Positions 35,416 to 45,143 of a DNA stretch of 64,000 bases are shown here, piece after piece (the stretch's first letter is position 1; every line of letters begins with the position of its first letter). This stretch comes from Acidimicrobiia bacterium (GTDB lineage: Bacteria > Actinomycetota > Acidimicrobiia > Spongiisociales > ZC4RG35): NCBI GenBank assembly GCA_035544615.1, contig DATKEA010000102.1, positions 4,015 through 68,014 on the forward strand. Direction: 5' to 3'. The notes below the pieces were generated by a model. The model saw only the letters and a program-made list of their open reading frames with translations. It ran no database searches and was not told the origin of the DNA. Made by a program: the position numbers and the translations under genes.

Positions 35416-35446
35416 GAGGCAAGGGTACCGGCGAAGCCGGCGTTGC

Positions 35447-36556
35447 TCATGTGGATGATGGGAACCTGGTCAAGGCGCCCGCGCCGTGTCGATCGAGTGG
35501 CGATGCAACGACAATCTGCTGCACCCGTCCCCCCGCCCTCACCGTCGACTCCATGGCAGCAGCCACTACGTCCTCCACTTCGAACAGGTTCGAGCCGCAC
35601 ACCGTGCACACCTCTCCGGTACGCGCCAGGAACCCGCACGAGTTGCAGACGGACCCGGGACGGGTGAACCCCCCAGCCACGACGAGCGTTTCAACGGCCT
35701 GGGAGTTGCAGGCAGCGAGAACCTCCGGGAGCCCGAGAACCGCCAGCCCATCGCTCCAAGCCGTGTCGCACACCCGCCCGGCCAGGGCTGCATCGCGCTC
35801 CCGTCGGACCTGATCGGCCTGGTCGGCAAGCTCCGATCGAATCGCGGCGAGAGACAAAGTGTTCGGGTTGGCGGTGAACGACGCCCGATAGAGACGGCCG
35901 AGGTAAGGGTGCAAGGTGCGTCCGATCTCATCGACAGTCTCGTCATGTCCCCCGATCGCCAGATAGTCGAACGGCCGCTCGAGGTGCTTCTCCAGTATCA
36001 GCGCCCCGGCGTCTCGCCAGATCTTGGCCGACGCTTCCTCGGCCTTGGCCCTGACACCGTGCTCCTCGTACCCGGAGAACCCCCCGTAATTCGACTTGCC
36101 GATGTCGGCGCTGAACGACCTTCCCACCTCCTCGACCAAGTCCCCGGTGGCGATCAACACTTTGGCCGTAGCGCGATCGGCAACCAGCACGGCGGCCCGA
36201 AGCGAGCGAGGAGCGGCTCGAAGAGGTCTCAGGTAGGGGCCCGGGCCTAGAGAGGAGACGTTGCCCACGGTGTGGGCCAGGGCCTCGAAGACGAATATGT
36301 CGTCGGCATCCGACGAGAAGAACGCGTATGCCGGCGCATTCTCGGCCTCGAGCTGGTCTGCCATGCCGTGGATCCTCTCGGCGCTGGCCCGCACGCTCTT
36401 CTGGACTGCTCGCCCCTTGATTTCGGCGGCCTCCCGCACGGGCTTCAACAAGTCGGTGAGGAGAGCGCCCATCCCACCAGGGCTGGGTCGATCCAGATAG
36501 AGCGAAACGAGCGATCCAGACTGGCTTCTCAGCGCGGCTATCGGATCGACGAGCAA
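35447..36556 (-). CDS. eRF1/Pelota/Vms1-like (bacterial baeRF-type) protein with C-terminal zinc ribbon insert
   Basis: 369 aa from TTG 36556, preceded by GGGAGGTG. Central Gly-rich loop [15 protein letters not shown]-domain [19 protein letters not shown] resembles the eRF1/Pelota domain 3. CNSC-x9-CTVC. Confidence 0.6.
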   Translation of the reverse strand: MLVDPIAALRSQSGSLVSLYLDRPSPGGMGALLTDLLKPVREAAEIKGRAVQKSVRASAERIHGMADQLEAENAPAYAFFSSDADDIFVFEALAHTVGNVSSLGPGPYLRPLRAAPRSLRAAVLVADRATAKVLIATGDLVEEVGRSFSADIGKSNYGGFSGYEEHGVRAKAEEASAKIWRDAGALILEKHLERPFDYLAIGGHDETVDEIGRTLHPYLGRLYRASFTANPNTLSLAAIRSELADQADQVRRERDAALAGRVCDTAWSDGLAVLGLPEVLAACNSQAVETLVVAGGFTRPGSVCNSCGFLARTGEVCTVCGSNLFEVEDVVAAAMESTVRAGGRVQQIVVASPLDRHGAGALTRFPSST

Positions 36557-36660
36557 TGGCCACCTCCCGTCTCCCCGGGAGACGAAGCTGGCGAGCGCCG
36601 GGAGATCTGATTCACTTGGGCCAAGCTACCCGGCGAGGTCCGTTCAGCGTCCACGGGATC

Positions 36661-37122
36661 TCATAGTGACCGGCTCAACTCAGAGGTCAGCTCTTCGAGG
36701 AGCCAGCCCAGAAAGTCGAGGATGTCACGCTGGTCCTCGGGCAGCAGGACGTGGTCGGCTTCGACCTCAACTCCGAACCGCGCCCCGAGCACCAGGCGCC
36801 CCTCATTGAGGACTCGCAGGAAGGCATCGGCTTCCTCACCGGTGAGCCGGCTTAGCTCCTGGTCGGACAGGACTCTTTGAAAGACGCGCCGGTCGCTGTT
36901 GCGCGCCGCGGAGAGCTCCTCGCCCATGAGCCGCCACCACTCGTCGTTCGACTCGGGGTCGTCCAAATAGACGGGAACCCGAAGACGCTGCGCAGCGAGG
37001 TCGTCGCCAACCCTGGGCACGCCGGCAAGAATCTCGAGCAACCCGGAGAGAAAGACCCTCTCCTCGGAAGAGAGATCGACGTCGATGCCGCCTCCAGCGG
37101 CTCTGAACCGTCGTTGCATCAT
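36661..37122 (-). CDS. DUF2017 domain protein (actinobacterial ClpS partner gene)
   Basis: 153 aa from ATG 37122 (ATGA overlap with the clpS stop). Acidic, with a [12 protein letters not shown] motif. Confidence 0.7.
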   Translation of the reverse strand: MMQRRFRAAGGGIDVDLSSEERVFLSGLLEILAGVPRVGDDLAAQRLRVPVYLDDPESNDEWWRLMGEELSAARNSDRRVFQRVLSDQELSRLTGEEADAFLRVLNEGRLVLGARFGVEVEADHVLLPEDQRDILDFLGWLLEELTSELSRSL

Positions 37123-37442
37123 TGCTCCATCGTTGCCCACAAGCCATGACCGTGCAGCCGGTAGCAGTCAACCTCGGCCTTCTCCCTGGGACCGTCAGAA
37201 ACCCGAGCCCGTCCCTCGTGGTGAACCTGGAGCATCAGCTCGGTTGCCTTGGTCTCGTCGTAGCCGAATAGCTTTCGTAGCACATACACGACATAGGTCA
37301 TGGTGTTGACCGGGTCGTTCCAGACAATGACCTGCCAGGGCCGATCGAGGTCCTGATCCTCCCCGGTATCGGGGTAGATGACTGGGGTCGGTCTCGTAGC
37401 CACCTGCCCCACGATCGTAGGCCTATTCCGGATCCACACCAC
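37119..37442 (-). CDS. clpS: ATP-dependent Clp protease adaptor ClpS
   Basis: At most 107 aa, with [18 protein letters not shown] and a core. The start is uncertain: GTG 37442, 37412 or 37403. Confidence 0.9.
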   Translation of the reverse strand: MVWIRNRPTIVGQVATRPTPVIYPDTGEDQDLDRPWQVIVWNDPVNTMTYVVYVLRKLFGYDETKATELMLQVHHEGRARVSDGPREKAEVDCYRLHGHGLWATMEQ

Positions 37443-37962
37443 TGAGAGCCTCCAGCAATCCCGCCCGACACACCTCTACGGCGTCGGCGAAGTTGGGGTC
37501 CGAGTACGGGATCTCGGCCACCGGGAACGGGGATCCGACCCCGGCAAAACCAGGGACCGGGTCGGGAAACCCCTCGACACCTCGATCGATCATGCACTGG
37601 CTGAACTCTGTCAGATGCCCGACGACAGTCTGGCGGAGGGCGTCCTCACCGCCCAGATCGAGGGCCCCGGTCTCGAGATGCTCCGAGCAGGCGGAGACGG
37701 CGGCAGCCACCTCGGGATCCCCGAAATCGACCGTGGCCAGGACCAAGTCGAGACGTGCCCGCCCGGTCGCATCGAACGGGATCTCTTCGATGGTGACGCC
37801 GTTGTCAACCAGGCAATCACGGAACGCAATGACGGCCGCAGCCGAAGCGACAGTGGTGGTGGTGGTCGGCACCGTCGTGGTAGTCGTGCCAGGCACATCG
37901 GTGCCGGACGGCCCATCGGCTCCGCGGGTACACCCAACCACCAGGATCGAGACCAACGCCAA
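37423..37962 (-). CDS. lipoprotein, function unknown
   Basis: 179 aa from TTG 37962 with lipobox VVGC, a poly-Thr linker and four Cys. The frame stays open upstream (RRSALI) without a canonical start, so the true start is uncertain. Confidence 0.6.
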   Translation of the reverse strand: MALVSILVVGCTRGADGPSGTDVPGTTTTTVPTTTTTVASAAAVIAFRDCLVDNGVTIEEIPFDATGRARLDLVLATVDFGDPEVAAAVSACSEHLETGALDLGGEDALRQTVVGHLTEFSQCMIDRGVEGFPDPVPGFAGVGSPFPVAEIPYSDPNFADAVEVCRAGLLEALSGVDPE

Positions 37963-37982
37963 GATGAGAGCCGACCGTCGGA

Positions 37983-40196
37983 TCAGGTGCTCCCAGGCCC
38001 TTCGCCGTCACCGGCGTCTCCACCTATCCCCTCGGCCAGGATCATGGCCAGGTCTCGAACCCGAACATCCTCGCGACCCAACTCCTTGACGCCGTCGTCG
38101 AGCATCACAAGGCAGAACGGGCAGGCGACCGCAATCTCATCGGCATCGGTCGCCAAGGCCTCCTCGGCACGTTCGATATTGATCTTCTTCCCGGTTTGCT
38201 CCTCCATCCAAAAGCGTGCCCCGCCGGCGCCACAGCACAAGGCCCGAGTGCCGTGCCGGGGCATCTCCACCACCTCGATCGACTCGGAAGCGCCGACCAC
38301 CGATCGGGGGGCGAGATAGACATCGTTGTACCTCCCGAGATAACACGGATCGTGATACGCGATCTTCTTGACCGAGCCGTCCGACCGGGTGGGAACACTG
38401 ATACGACCCTGGGTCAACAGCTCGGCAAGCAACTGGCTGTGATGCACCACTTCGTATTGGCCTCCGAATTGAGGGTATTCGTTGGCAATCGTGTTGAAGC
38501 AGTGGGCGCATTGGGTGATCACCCGGCTGACACCGATCTCCTCGAAGCTGGAGATGTTCTGCAGTGCCAGCTGCTGGAAGACGAGCTCATTGCCCGCCCT
38601 TCGGGCGGGATCGCCCGAGCACAGCTCCCGCTTCCCCAGAATGGCAAAATCGATCCCGGCTTCGTGGAGGAGTCGTGCCAGCGCCACCGAGACCGCGGTA
38701 TTGCGATCGTCGAACGACCCGGCGCAACCCACGAACCACAGGTAGTCGGCCGTCGTCTTGCCATTCTCCCCGAACACCGGCAGCTCGAAATCGAGTTCGC
38801 GAGCCCAATCGCCCCGGGTCTGCTGACTGAGCCCCCACGGATTGGACTGATTCTCCATGGCGACGAAGGCCTTGCCCAACTCGGAGGGGAAATCCGACTC
38901 CATCAAAGTGAGGTGGCGACGCATGTCGAGGATACGATCCACGATCTCGATATCGACCGGGCAGATCTCGTCGCACGCCCGGCAGGTCACGCAAGCGAAA
39001 ACCTCATCGGGTCGGACACGATCGAAGAGGTTGCCCTCACGGTCGAGCACAGCCAGAGAAGAAACGGGAGGAGACACACCGGCGACAGCAGCGGCAACCT
39101 CGCCGGTCTTGAGGACCATCTCCCTCGGATCCAACGGCTTGCCAGTGATGTTGGCCGGGCATACCGAGGTACAACGGCCACAGATGGTGCAGGAGTCGGT
39201 GTCGAAGATCTGCTTCCAGGTGAGATCGGTCACGATCGAAGCACCGATGGTGTCGATGTCCTCGGCCTCGAGAAGGTTGGGCATCTCCCTCATCGCCCCT
39301 TTGTGCCGGGGGTGCGCCGACAGAAACAGGTTGGCGGGCGAGGTGAACATGTGACGCAACTTCGTCACCGGGAGCGCGGCAAGGAACGCCAGGAAGGACC
39401 CCACGTGGACCACCCACAACGTTTGGTGGAGGCCACCGGCTGCCGACTGGTCGATGAGGGCAGAGAGCGGATACCCAACAAATGACCAAACCTCGAAGGC
39501 AGGCCTCCCCACCAGGGAGATGCGGGCCGCCTCGGTGAGCAGACCGGTGAGCCCGATCACGAACAACAGACCGAGGATCAGGGCATCCTCGGGTTTGGTC
39601 TTGGTCCGCAACCTCTGTTGTCTGAGCACATACCTGTTGAGGAAGAAGAGGGCGAGACCGCCCAGATACACCAATGAGGCGAGGTCGAGGATCGCCGAGT
39701 ACCCCTGGTAGACCCGACCTTCGAGGAACTTGAGATTCCCGGGAAGTAGGTGATCGATCTCGAGGGTGACGGTTCCGAGGAACAGGATCAGGAACCCGTA
39801 GTACACCGCGGCGTGAATCGGGCCGACCCGAGGGTCGCGCATCAGGGTCTTCATGCGCAGCCCGGCGTCGAGGCCTCTGAGGCGTCGGGCCCAGCTACCC
39901 GTCCTGCTCTCCTGCCTCCCCAGTGACCACGCTTCCGCCCTGCGGGCGAAGAGATGGAAGGCCAACCAGACAAATCCGGCCACCGTGACGTAGAAGGTCA
40001 CCTGCACCGATTCGGGGATGTTACCGAAGACCTCACGACCCACCTCGATCTCTCGATGCTCCGGGATCGTCCCCGCCAACCCGAGTGCGATAGTGGCCAG
40101 CGCCGACGCCACGCCGAGGATCTCCAGCGCCCGCGCGACCCCTGGTCGTCGTGGTGTTGGGTCGACTTCCTGTTCTCGCTCTTCGGCCAGGGCCAT
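37983..40196 (-). CDS. membrane-anchored Fe-S oxidoreductase (NarI-like TM domain, 2x[4Fe-4S], two CCG domains; HdrD/GlpC/DsrK-like, Rv0338c-like)
   Basis: 737 aa with CTICGRCTSVCP and CVTCRACDEICP. CCG motifs CCGAGG and CPFC. N-terminal 5-6 TM. Confidence 0.85.
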   Translation of the reverse strand: MALAEEREQEVDPTPRRPGVARALEILGVASALATIALGLAGTIPEHREIEVGREVFGNIPESVQVTFYVTVAGFVWLAFHLFARRAEAWSLGRQESRTGSWARRLRGLDAGLRMKTLMRDPRVGPIHAAVYYGFLILFLGTVTLEIDHLLPGNLKFLEGRVYQGYSAILDLASLVYLGGLALFFLNRYVLRQQRLRTKTKPEDALILGLLFVIGLTGLLTEAARISLVGRPAFEVWSFVGYPLSALIDQSAAGGLHQTLWVVHVGSFLAFLAALPVTKLRHMFTSPANLFLSAHPRHKGAMREMPNLLEAEDIDTIGASIVTDLTWKQIFDTDSCTICGRCTSVCPANITGKPLDPREMVLKTGEVAAAVAGVSPPVSSLAVLDREGNLFDRVRPDEVFACVTCRACDEICPVDIEIVDRILDMRRHLTLMESDFPSELGKAFVAMENQSNPWGLSQQTRGDWARELDFELPVFGENGKTTADYLWFVGCAGSFDDRNTAVSVALARLLHEAGIDFAILGKRELCSGDPARRAGNELVFQQLALQNISSFEEIGVSRVITQCAHCFNTIANEYPQFGGQYEVVHHSQLLAELLTQGRISVPTRSDGSVKKIAYHDPCYLGRYNDVYLAPRSVVGASESIEVVEMPRHGTRALCCGAGGARFWMEEQTGKKINIERAEEALATDADEIAVACPFCLVMLDDGVKELGREDVRVRDLAMILAEGIGGDAGDGEGPGST

Positions 40197-40459
40197 GGCG
40201 AGACACTTTAAGCCAGGTCGGAATCGGGTCGGCCCTTAGGGCTTCTCGGCCCCCAGACGCTCTCTCGAATACGAGGTGCCAGACAGCGAGCAGCTGAACG
40301 GCCTCTGGCCCGGACCGCACGCGTCGGGGCGTTGCGGCGATCCGGTTTGCAATCGATCAGGGATGTGGTCGGTCTCGGGCTCATAGCCATTGGTGAGCGG
40401 CTGATGCATGGCCAACCCGCACCCGATCCCGCCACCCTGCCCCGGGCCGCTTGAAACCG

Positions 40460-41371
40460 TCAGGACCCGAATACGGACCGAGCGAAGAACCAGGCATTGG
40501 CGGGTCTCTCGGCGAGCCGGCGCGTCAGATAGGGGTACCACTGTGAGCCGAACGGGAGATAGACCCTGAGCGTGAAACCCTCCGCCACCAACTCACTTTG
40601 CAGACCGGTGCGGACCCCGTAGAGCATCTGAAACTCAAAGTCATGATCGCGGTTCTGGGCCAATTCGCGGGTCAGCCCCACCAGTTCGAGGTCATGAGTG
40701 GCGACTGCTGGTTTCACCGACTCGAAAGACATCAAGGACCTCAGCTGTGCCGCGAACGCCGCATCGACTTCGGCCTTGGTGGTGAGCGCGAGGTCGGCGT
40801 CCTCGACATATGCTCCCTTGCACAGCCGGAGATGCCCGCCGAGCGGCATGAGCCGCTCCAGGTCGGCGGGAGTTCGACGCATGTAGGCCTGGAGGGCAAC
40901 ACCCAGGTTCCCATGAAGACCCTGCGCCTCTTCGTAGATGCGCACGGTGGCGTCGGTAAAGCGGGAGTCCTCCATGTCGATCGTGACCGTGGTCCCGATC
41001 TGATCGGCTCGTGCGGCAAGGCTGTCTAGCAACTCGACGGCGAGCCCCTCGTCGATGGTCAACCCGAGCTGGGTGAGCTTGACCGAGATGTTCGACATGA
41101 GTTGCTCGTCGGCAATGCGCTCCAGACTCGCCAGGTATTCGTCACGAGCGGAAACCGCCGAGTCGCGATCGTGGACCTCCTCCCCCAGCAGATCGAGTGA
41201 CACCAGAGAGCCGTTGGAGTTGAGCTCCCGGGCAACGGCTACCGCCTCGTCGAGGGTGTCGCCTGCCACGAATCGCCTTGCCAGGGCCTTGCCTGGCCGG
41301 CTTCCGGTGATGAGTCTCTCCACAGGCCGGGCCTGAGTGGTCGTGACGACCACCTTGGAGAAAACACTCAA
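40460..41371 (-). CDS. proline dehydrogenase (monofunctional PRODH)
   Basis: 303 aa from a TTG start (TTGA overlap with the proC stop), with LRLCKGAYVE and LPFGSQWYPYLTRRLAERPAN. Confidence 0.85.
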   Translation of the reverse strand: MSVFSKVVVTTTQARPVERLITGSRPGKALARRFVAGDTLDEAVAVARELNSNGSLVSLDLLGEEVHDRDSAVSARDEYLASLERIADEQLMSNISVKLTQLGLTIDEGLAVELLDSLAARADQIGTTVTIDMEDSRFTDATVRIYEEAQGLHGNLGVALQAYMRRTPADLERLMPLGGHLRLCKGAYVEDADLALTTKAEVDAAFAAQLRSLMSFESVKPAVATHDLELVGLTRELAQNRDHDFEFQMLYGVRTGLQSELVAEGFTLRVYLPFGSQWYPYLTRRLAERPANAWFFARSVFGS

Positions 41372-42180
41372 CCCTGCTCCCCGAGCTCCGCTGATTTTCT
41401 GGCCGCGGCGCGCACCGCATCCTCCAGCAAAGCCCGGAAACCCCTTTCCTCGAGGACATGGACGGCTGCGGCCGTTGTGCCACCGGGTGAGGTGACCTGA
41501 GAACGGAGTTCGGCCGGACTTCTCTCGGTGTCGGTGAGGAGATGACCAGCCCCGCGAATTGTCTGATGAACGAAGGTCTCTGCGATGTCACGAGGCAGGC
41601 CTTCCCTGACCGCCGCCTCGGTCAGCGCCTCGGCCATCAAGAAGACGTAGGCGGGACCTGTCCCGGAAACGGCGGTGACCGCGTCCAGCAATGACTCGTC
41701 CATGAATCGGACCGACCCGACAGCGCCCAGGATCTCGGTGGCTCGCTTGAGATGGTCGCCGTTGGCATAGGCACCCTTGGCGATGCCGGTGACGCCCTCT
41801 CCGACCAAGGCCGGGGTGTTTGGCATGGCGCGCACTACGGCCACCGCCCCAAGCTTCCCCTCATAGGAGGCTGTGGTCACCCCAGCAGCCAGAGAGAGAA
41901 TCATCTGGGTCTTTCCCACTCGCATCTTGAGCTGGTCGAGCACAGCATCGACGTCCCGTGGCTTCACCGCCACCACGATCACGTCGCGGTCTTCGATGGC
42001 CTCGATCGGGTCGAGTGTGATCAGGGATCTCGATCTCTTGGCAAGCTCGGTGGCGCGGTCCTCGCGTCGGACGCAGAGGGAAATGTCGCCGGCCGCCCAG
42101 CCGGCGCGTTTCAGGCCACTGAACAGTGCCTCGCCCATGGCACCAACGCCAAGGATCGCAACAGAAGAATGTTCAGCCAT
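41368..42180 (-). CDS. proC: pyrroline-5-carboxylate reductase
   Basis: 270 aa with a VAILGVGAMGEAL Rossmann motif and VTSPGGTT. Confidence 0.9.
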   Translation of the reverse strand: MAEHSSVAILGVGAMGEALFSGLKRAGWAAGDISLCVRREDRATELAKRSRSLITLDPIEAIEDRDVIVVAVKPRDVDAVLDQLKMRVGKTQMILSLAAGVTTASYEGKLGAVAVVRAMPNTPALVGEGVTGIAKGAYANGDHLKRATEILGAVGSVRFMDESLLDAVTAVSGTGPAYVFLMAEALTEAAVREGLPRDIAETFVHQTIRGAGHLLTDTERSPAELRSQVTSPGGTTAAAVHVLEERGFRALLEDAVRAAARKSAELGEQG

Positions 42181-42186
42181 GGCCCG

Positions 42187-42192
42187 ATTATA
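42187..42192 (-). promoter_or_regulatory. consensus -10 box TATAAT placed for a leaderless proC transcript
   Basis: The minus strand reads CCCCGTATAATCGGGCCATG. The perfect TATAAT ends 6 nt before the proC ATG and there is no SD. Confidence 0.55.
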
Positions 42193-42275
42193 CGGGGATC
42201 GACGGATGGTCAGCCGGGCCTGATGGAGATTGTGTGAGCGAGCTCAGCACCGGCGCAATCCGGTGGGAGTAGCAG

Positions 42276-43100
42276 CTACTTCTCGCCGACTCTGCTTCGC
42301 AGACGGCGGATCTCGTCGTACACACCGTCGGTCAGAGTGGTGTTGGCGGGAGCGGAGAGACCTTTCATATTGGCCTGGATCCGGTCTGGCTTGGCGGCGA
42401 CCACCGGCTCGTCCTCCGCCTCTTCCTCGGGTTCGGTCTCGGGTGGGGCCTCAGTGCTTTCGGCTGAGTCACCGTTGCCTGCCCAGGCTGGCTGGGGTGT
42501 CCCAGGGGCGACTCCCTCTGCCAACCGGTCGAGCCAAACGGCCTCGCCGTCCAGGTCGGCGACAGTCTCGGCCATGCCCAGACGATGAAGGGTGTGGAAC
42601 ACGCGAACCGCCGCCCCGCGACCGTATCTGCTCTCGAGATAGTTGAAGGTGAACGGTGGCACCAGGTTGGTGAAGACGTGCCAATCCTCGGGCTCGATGG
42701 TGATGGGTTGTTGTATCTGGTTGACCAGTGCCACCCCGCTGGCCTCGAAGAGACCGGCGTCGACGACTTCACCCTCCAGCGACTGAAGAGCCACCACATC
42801 CAGCAGGACCTCTTCGATCGTCCACCCCTTGGACTCAGGCCCATCGGCCGCGCCGACCGAGAAAGAGCCTTCCTCGACTGTGGACAACACATAGAGAATG
42901 TCGGCGATCGCGGAACGATCCGAGCCGGCATAGCTGCCGTTCTCCCCGGTCAACTCGGCACCTGTCAAGCGTCCTTCGCGGAAATGGACACGCCCGCGAC
43001 GCTGCCCCTCGATATCGAGGGATCCCGTCTTACTGGTGACCTGCATGATCTGGAGCAGATCGTTGATGCTCCAATCCGAGAGCTGGCCCGAGAGATGCAT
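42276..43100 (-). CDS. DUF4388 domain protein with acidic/Pro-rich C-terminal half
   Basis: 274 aa from ATG 43100, with GGAAGGA upstream. N-terminal LSDWSINDLLQIMQVTSKTGSLDI...GRVHFREGRL. Confidence 0.7.
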   Translation of the reverse strand: MHLSGQLSDWSINDLLQIMQVTSKTGSLDIEGQRRGRVHFREGRLTGAELTGENGSYAGSDRSAIADILYVLSTVEEGSFSVGAADGPESKGWTIEEVLLDVVALQSLEGEVVDAGLFEASGVALVNQIQQPITIEPEDWHVFTNLVPPFTFNYLESRYGRGAAVRVFHTLHRLGMAETVADLDGEAVWLDRLAEGVAPGTPQPAWAGNGDSAESTEAPPETEPEEEAEDEPVVAAKPDRIQANMKGLSAPANTTLTDGVYDEIRRLRSRVGEK

Positions 43101-43160
43101 CGGTTCCTTCCGTGTCCTTACCAGCCCTATCGGCACGTTTTCCTGGATGGTTGAGTGGGT

Positions 43161-43721
43161 TCAGGCCTTTCTCGCGGCCTTCATCGCCTTCTTCTTCTCC
43201 CTCAGGACGAGGACATCGTCGAAGTCCGCAACGTCGGCGATCGAGGGCCAATCAGCCGCTTTCGCCTCCCACCCGTCGGGGCGAACACCCAGACGCTTTC
43301 CCAGAAGGCCGACGAATATCCTCGACTTCTCTGCTCCGAATCCAGGAAGCGCCCGGAGACGCCCCAGGAGCTCGTCCCCATCTCCGGCGGTGTCCCACAG
43401 ATTCTCGGCCACACCGCGGTACTCAGCAATGATCGTCCGGGCCAGATCCTGGGCCCGTTTTGCCATCGACGCCGGGTAGCGGTGGATGGCCGGTGGACCT
43501 CTGAAGACCTGCTCGAGATGGTCGAGATCGGTGTCGGCGACAAGCTGGGGGGCGAGCTCGCCTCCTAAACGGTCCTTGAGAAGCTGGGGGCCATAGAAGG
43601 CGCGCTCCATCGGGAACTGTTGATCGAAGAGCATTCCGAGGAGCAAGGCGAAGCCGTCGGTGGCCAACAGCCGGTTCGCCTCGTCTGACTCGGTGAAGGG
43701 GAGAGAATCAGGTCGGTCCAT
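43161..43721 (-). CDS. HhH-GPD-type base excision repair family protein
   Basis: 186 aa with helix-hairpin-helix LPGFGAEKSRIFVGLLG. Confidence 0.7.
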   Translation of the reverse strand: MDRPDSLPFTESDEANRLLATDGFALLLGMLFDQQFPMERAFYGPQLLKDRLGGELAPQLVADTDLDHLEQVFRGPPAIHRYPASMAKRAQDLARTIIAEYRGVAENLWDTAGDGDELLGRLRALPGFGAEKSRIFVGLLGKRLGVRPDGWEAKAADWPSIADVADFDDVLVLREKKKAMKAARKA

Positions 43722-43867
43722 GGGACCAACGCTAGTTCTCAGAAGATCAATCGGATCGCGACGTATAGAACCAGCAAACCGGCCGGGGCATACCCCACAA
43801 TGGAGGCTGATTGTCTTGGTAGGCCGTTCATCTGTTTCACTCTGACGTCAACATACGATGATTCGGT

Positions 43868-43904
43868 TCCGGCCCATATAGGGCTTTGTCCCTATATGGC
43901 CGGA
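43868..43904. promoter_or_regulatory. 14-15 bp inverted repeat upstream of the thiolase gene (candidate operator or 5' hairpin)
   Basis: CCGGCCCATATAGGG (43869-43883), spacer CTTTGT, then CCCTATATGGCCGG (43890-43903). The repeat ends 28 nt before ATG 43932. Confidence 0.35.
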
Positions 43905-43931
43905 CCGAGCCGGCAAGAATGGACACCCAGA

Positions 43932-45143
43932 ATGACCAGCGACATCTACATAATCGATGCCTGCCGGACCCCGATGGGAAGGCTGGGCGGGCAACTGGCC
44001 CACGTGCGTCCTGACGACCTGGCGGGCCACGTGATCGCAGCTCTCCTCCAGCGACAATCCGACCTCGACCCACTGGCCATCGAGGATGTCTATTGGGGGG
44101 CAGCGAACCAAGCGGGTGAAGACAACAGGAATGTGGCCCGCATGGCGGTTCTGCTCGCCGGCCTTCCCATCGAAGTGCCCGGGACAACAGTCAACCGTCT
44201 CTGCGGGTCGGGGATGCAAGCCGTGATCTCCGGTGCCCATGCCCTGGCCGGTGGCTGGGGCGATGTGGTGATCACCGGCGGATCGGAATCGATGACCCGC
44301 TCCCCCTACGTGATGATGAAGGGCAACCGCCCTTTCCCCACCGGGTTCCCCGCGGCCGCTGACACCGTGCTCGGGTGGAGACTGGTCAACCCACGGATGG
44401 AGGATCTCTATCCGCCGATCACACTCGGCATGACCGCCGAGGTAGTCGCCGACAAGTACGACATCAGCAGAGAGGACCAGGATCGCTTCGCCCTCCGCAG
44501 CCACCAATCCGCCCTGGCCGCAGTCGAGGGTGACCGGTTCGATGCCGAGATCGAGCCGATCGAGGCACCCACCGACGCCCGTCATCGCAGCATGGTCACC
44601 ATCTCGTCGGACGAAGGCCCGCGGGCTGACACTTCAATGGAGATCCTGGGCCGTCTCCCCTCCGTGTTCAAGGACGAAGGGACGGTCACCGCCGGCAACT
44701 CGTCACCCATGAACGACGGGGCCGCCGCCTTGATCCTCGCCACCCAAGCGGGGATCGCCGAGCACGACCTCCGGCCCATGGCCCGCATCGTGGCGTCGGC
44801 CGCCGCCGGGGTCCATCCCGACGTCATGGGAATCGGCCCGGTCCCGGCTTCGGAGAAGGCCCTGGCCCGGGCCGGCCTCACAGTGGGAGACCTGGACCTC
44901 GTCGAGCTCAACGAGGCGTTCGCGGCGCAGAGTGTCGCCTGCATGCGTCTCCTCGAGCTCGATCCGGACAAGGTGAACGTCAACGGAGGGGCGATCGCGA
45001 TCGGGCACCCTCTCGGCGCCTCCGGGGCCCGGATCCTGACCACCCTGGTCCATGAGCTGAAGCGCCGCAACGGCCGGTACGGGTTGGCCACGATGTGCAT
45101 CGGTGTCGGCCAGGGGATCAGCACGGTCATAGAACGTGTCTGA
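43932..45143 (+). CDS. acetyl-CoA C-acyltransferase (thiolase)
   Basis: 403 aa from ATG 43932 with VNRLCGSG and NGGAIAIGHPLGASG. Confidence 0.9.
   Translation: MTSDIYIIDACRTPMGRLGGQLAHVRPDDLAGHVIAALLQRQSDLDPLAIEDVYWGAANQAGEDNRNVARMAVLLAGLPIEVPGTTVNRLCGSGMQAVISGAHALAGGWGDVVITGGSESMTRSPYVMMKGNRPFPTGFPAAADTVLGWRLVNPRMEDLYPPITLGMTAEVVADKYDISREDQDRFALRSHQSALAAVEGDRFDAEIEPIEAPTDARHRSMVTISSDEGPRADTSMEILGRLPSVFKDEGTVTAGNSSPMNDGAAALILATQAGIAEHDLRPMARIVASAAAGVHPDVMGIGPVPASEKALARAGLTVGDLDLVELNEAFAAQSVACMRLLELDPDKVNVNGGAIAIGHPLGASGARILTTLVHELKRRNGRYGLATMCIGVGQGISTVIERV

Noticed and set aside
38196-39485. 429-aa plus-strand ORF antisense to the Fe-S reductase gene
   Set aside because: Shadow ORF. The opposite strand carries the 4Fe-4S and CCG motifs.
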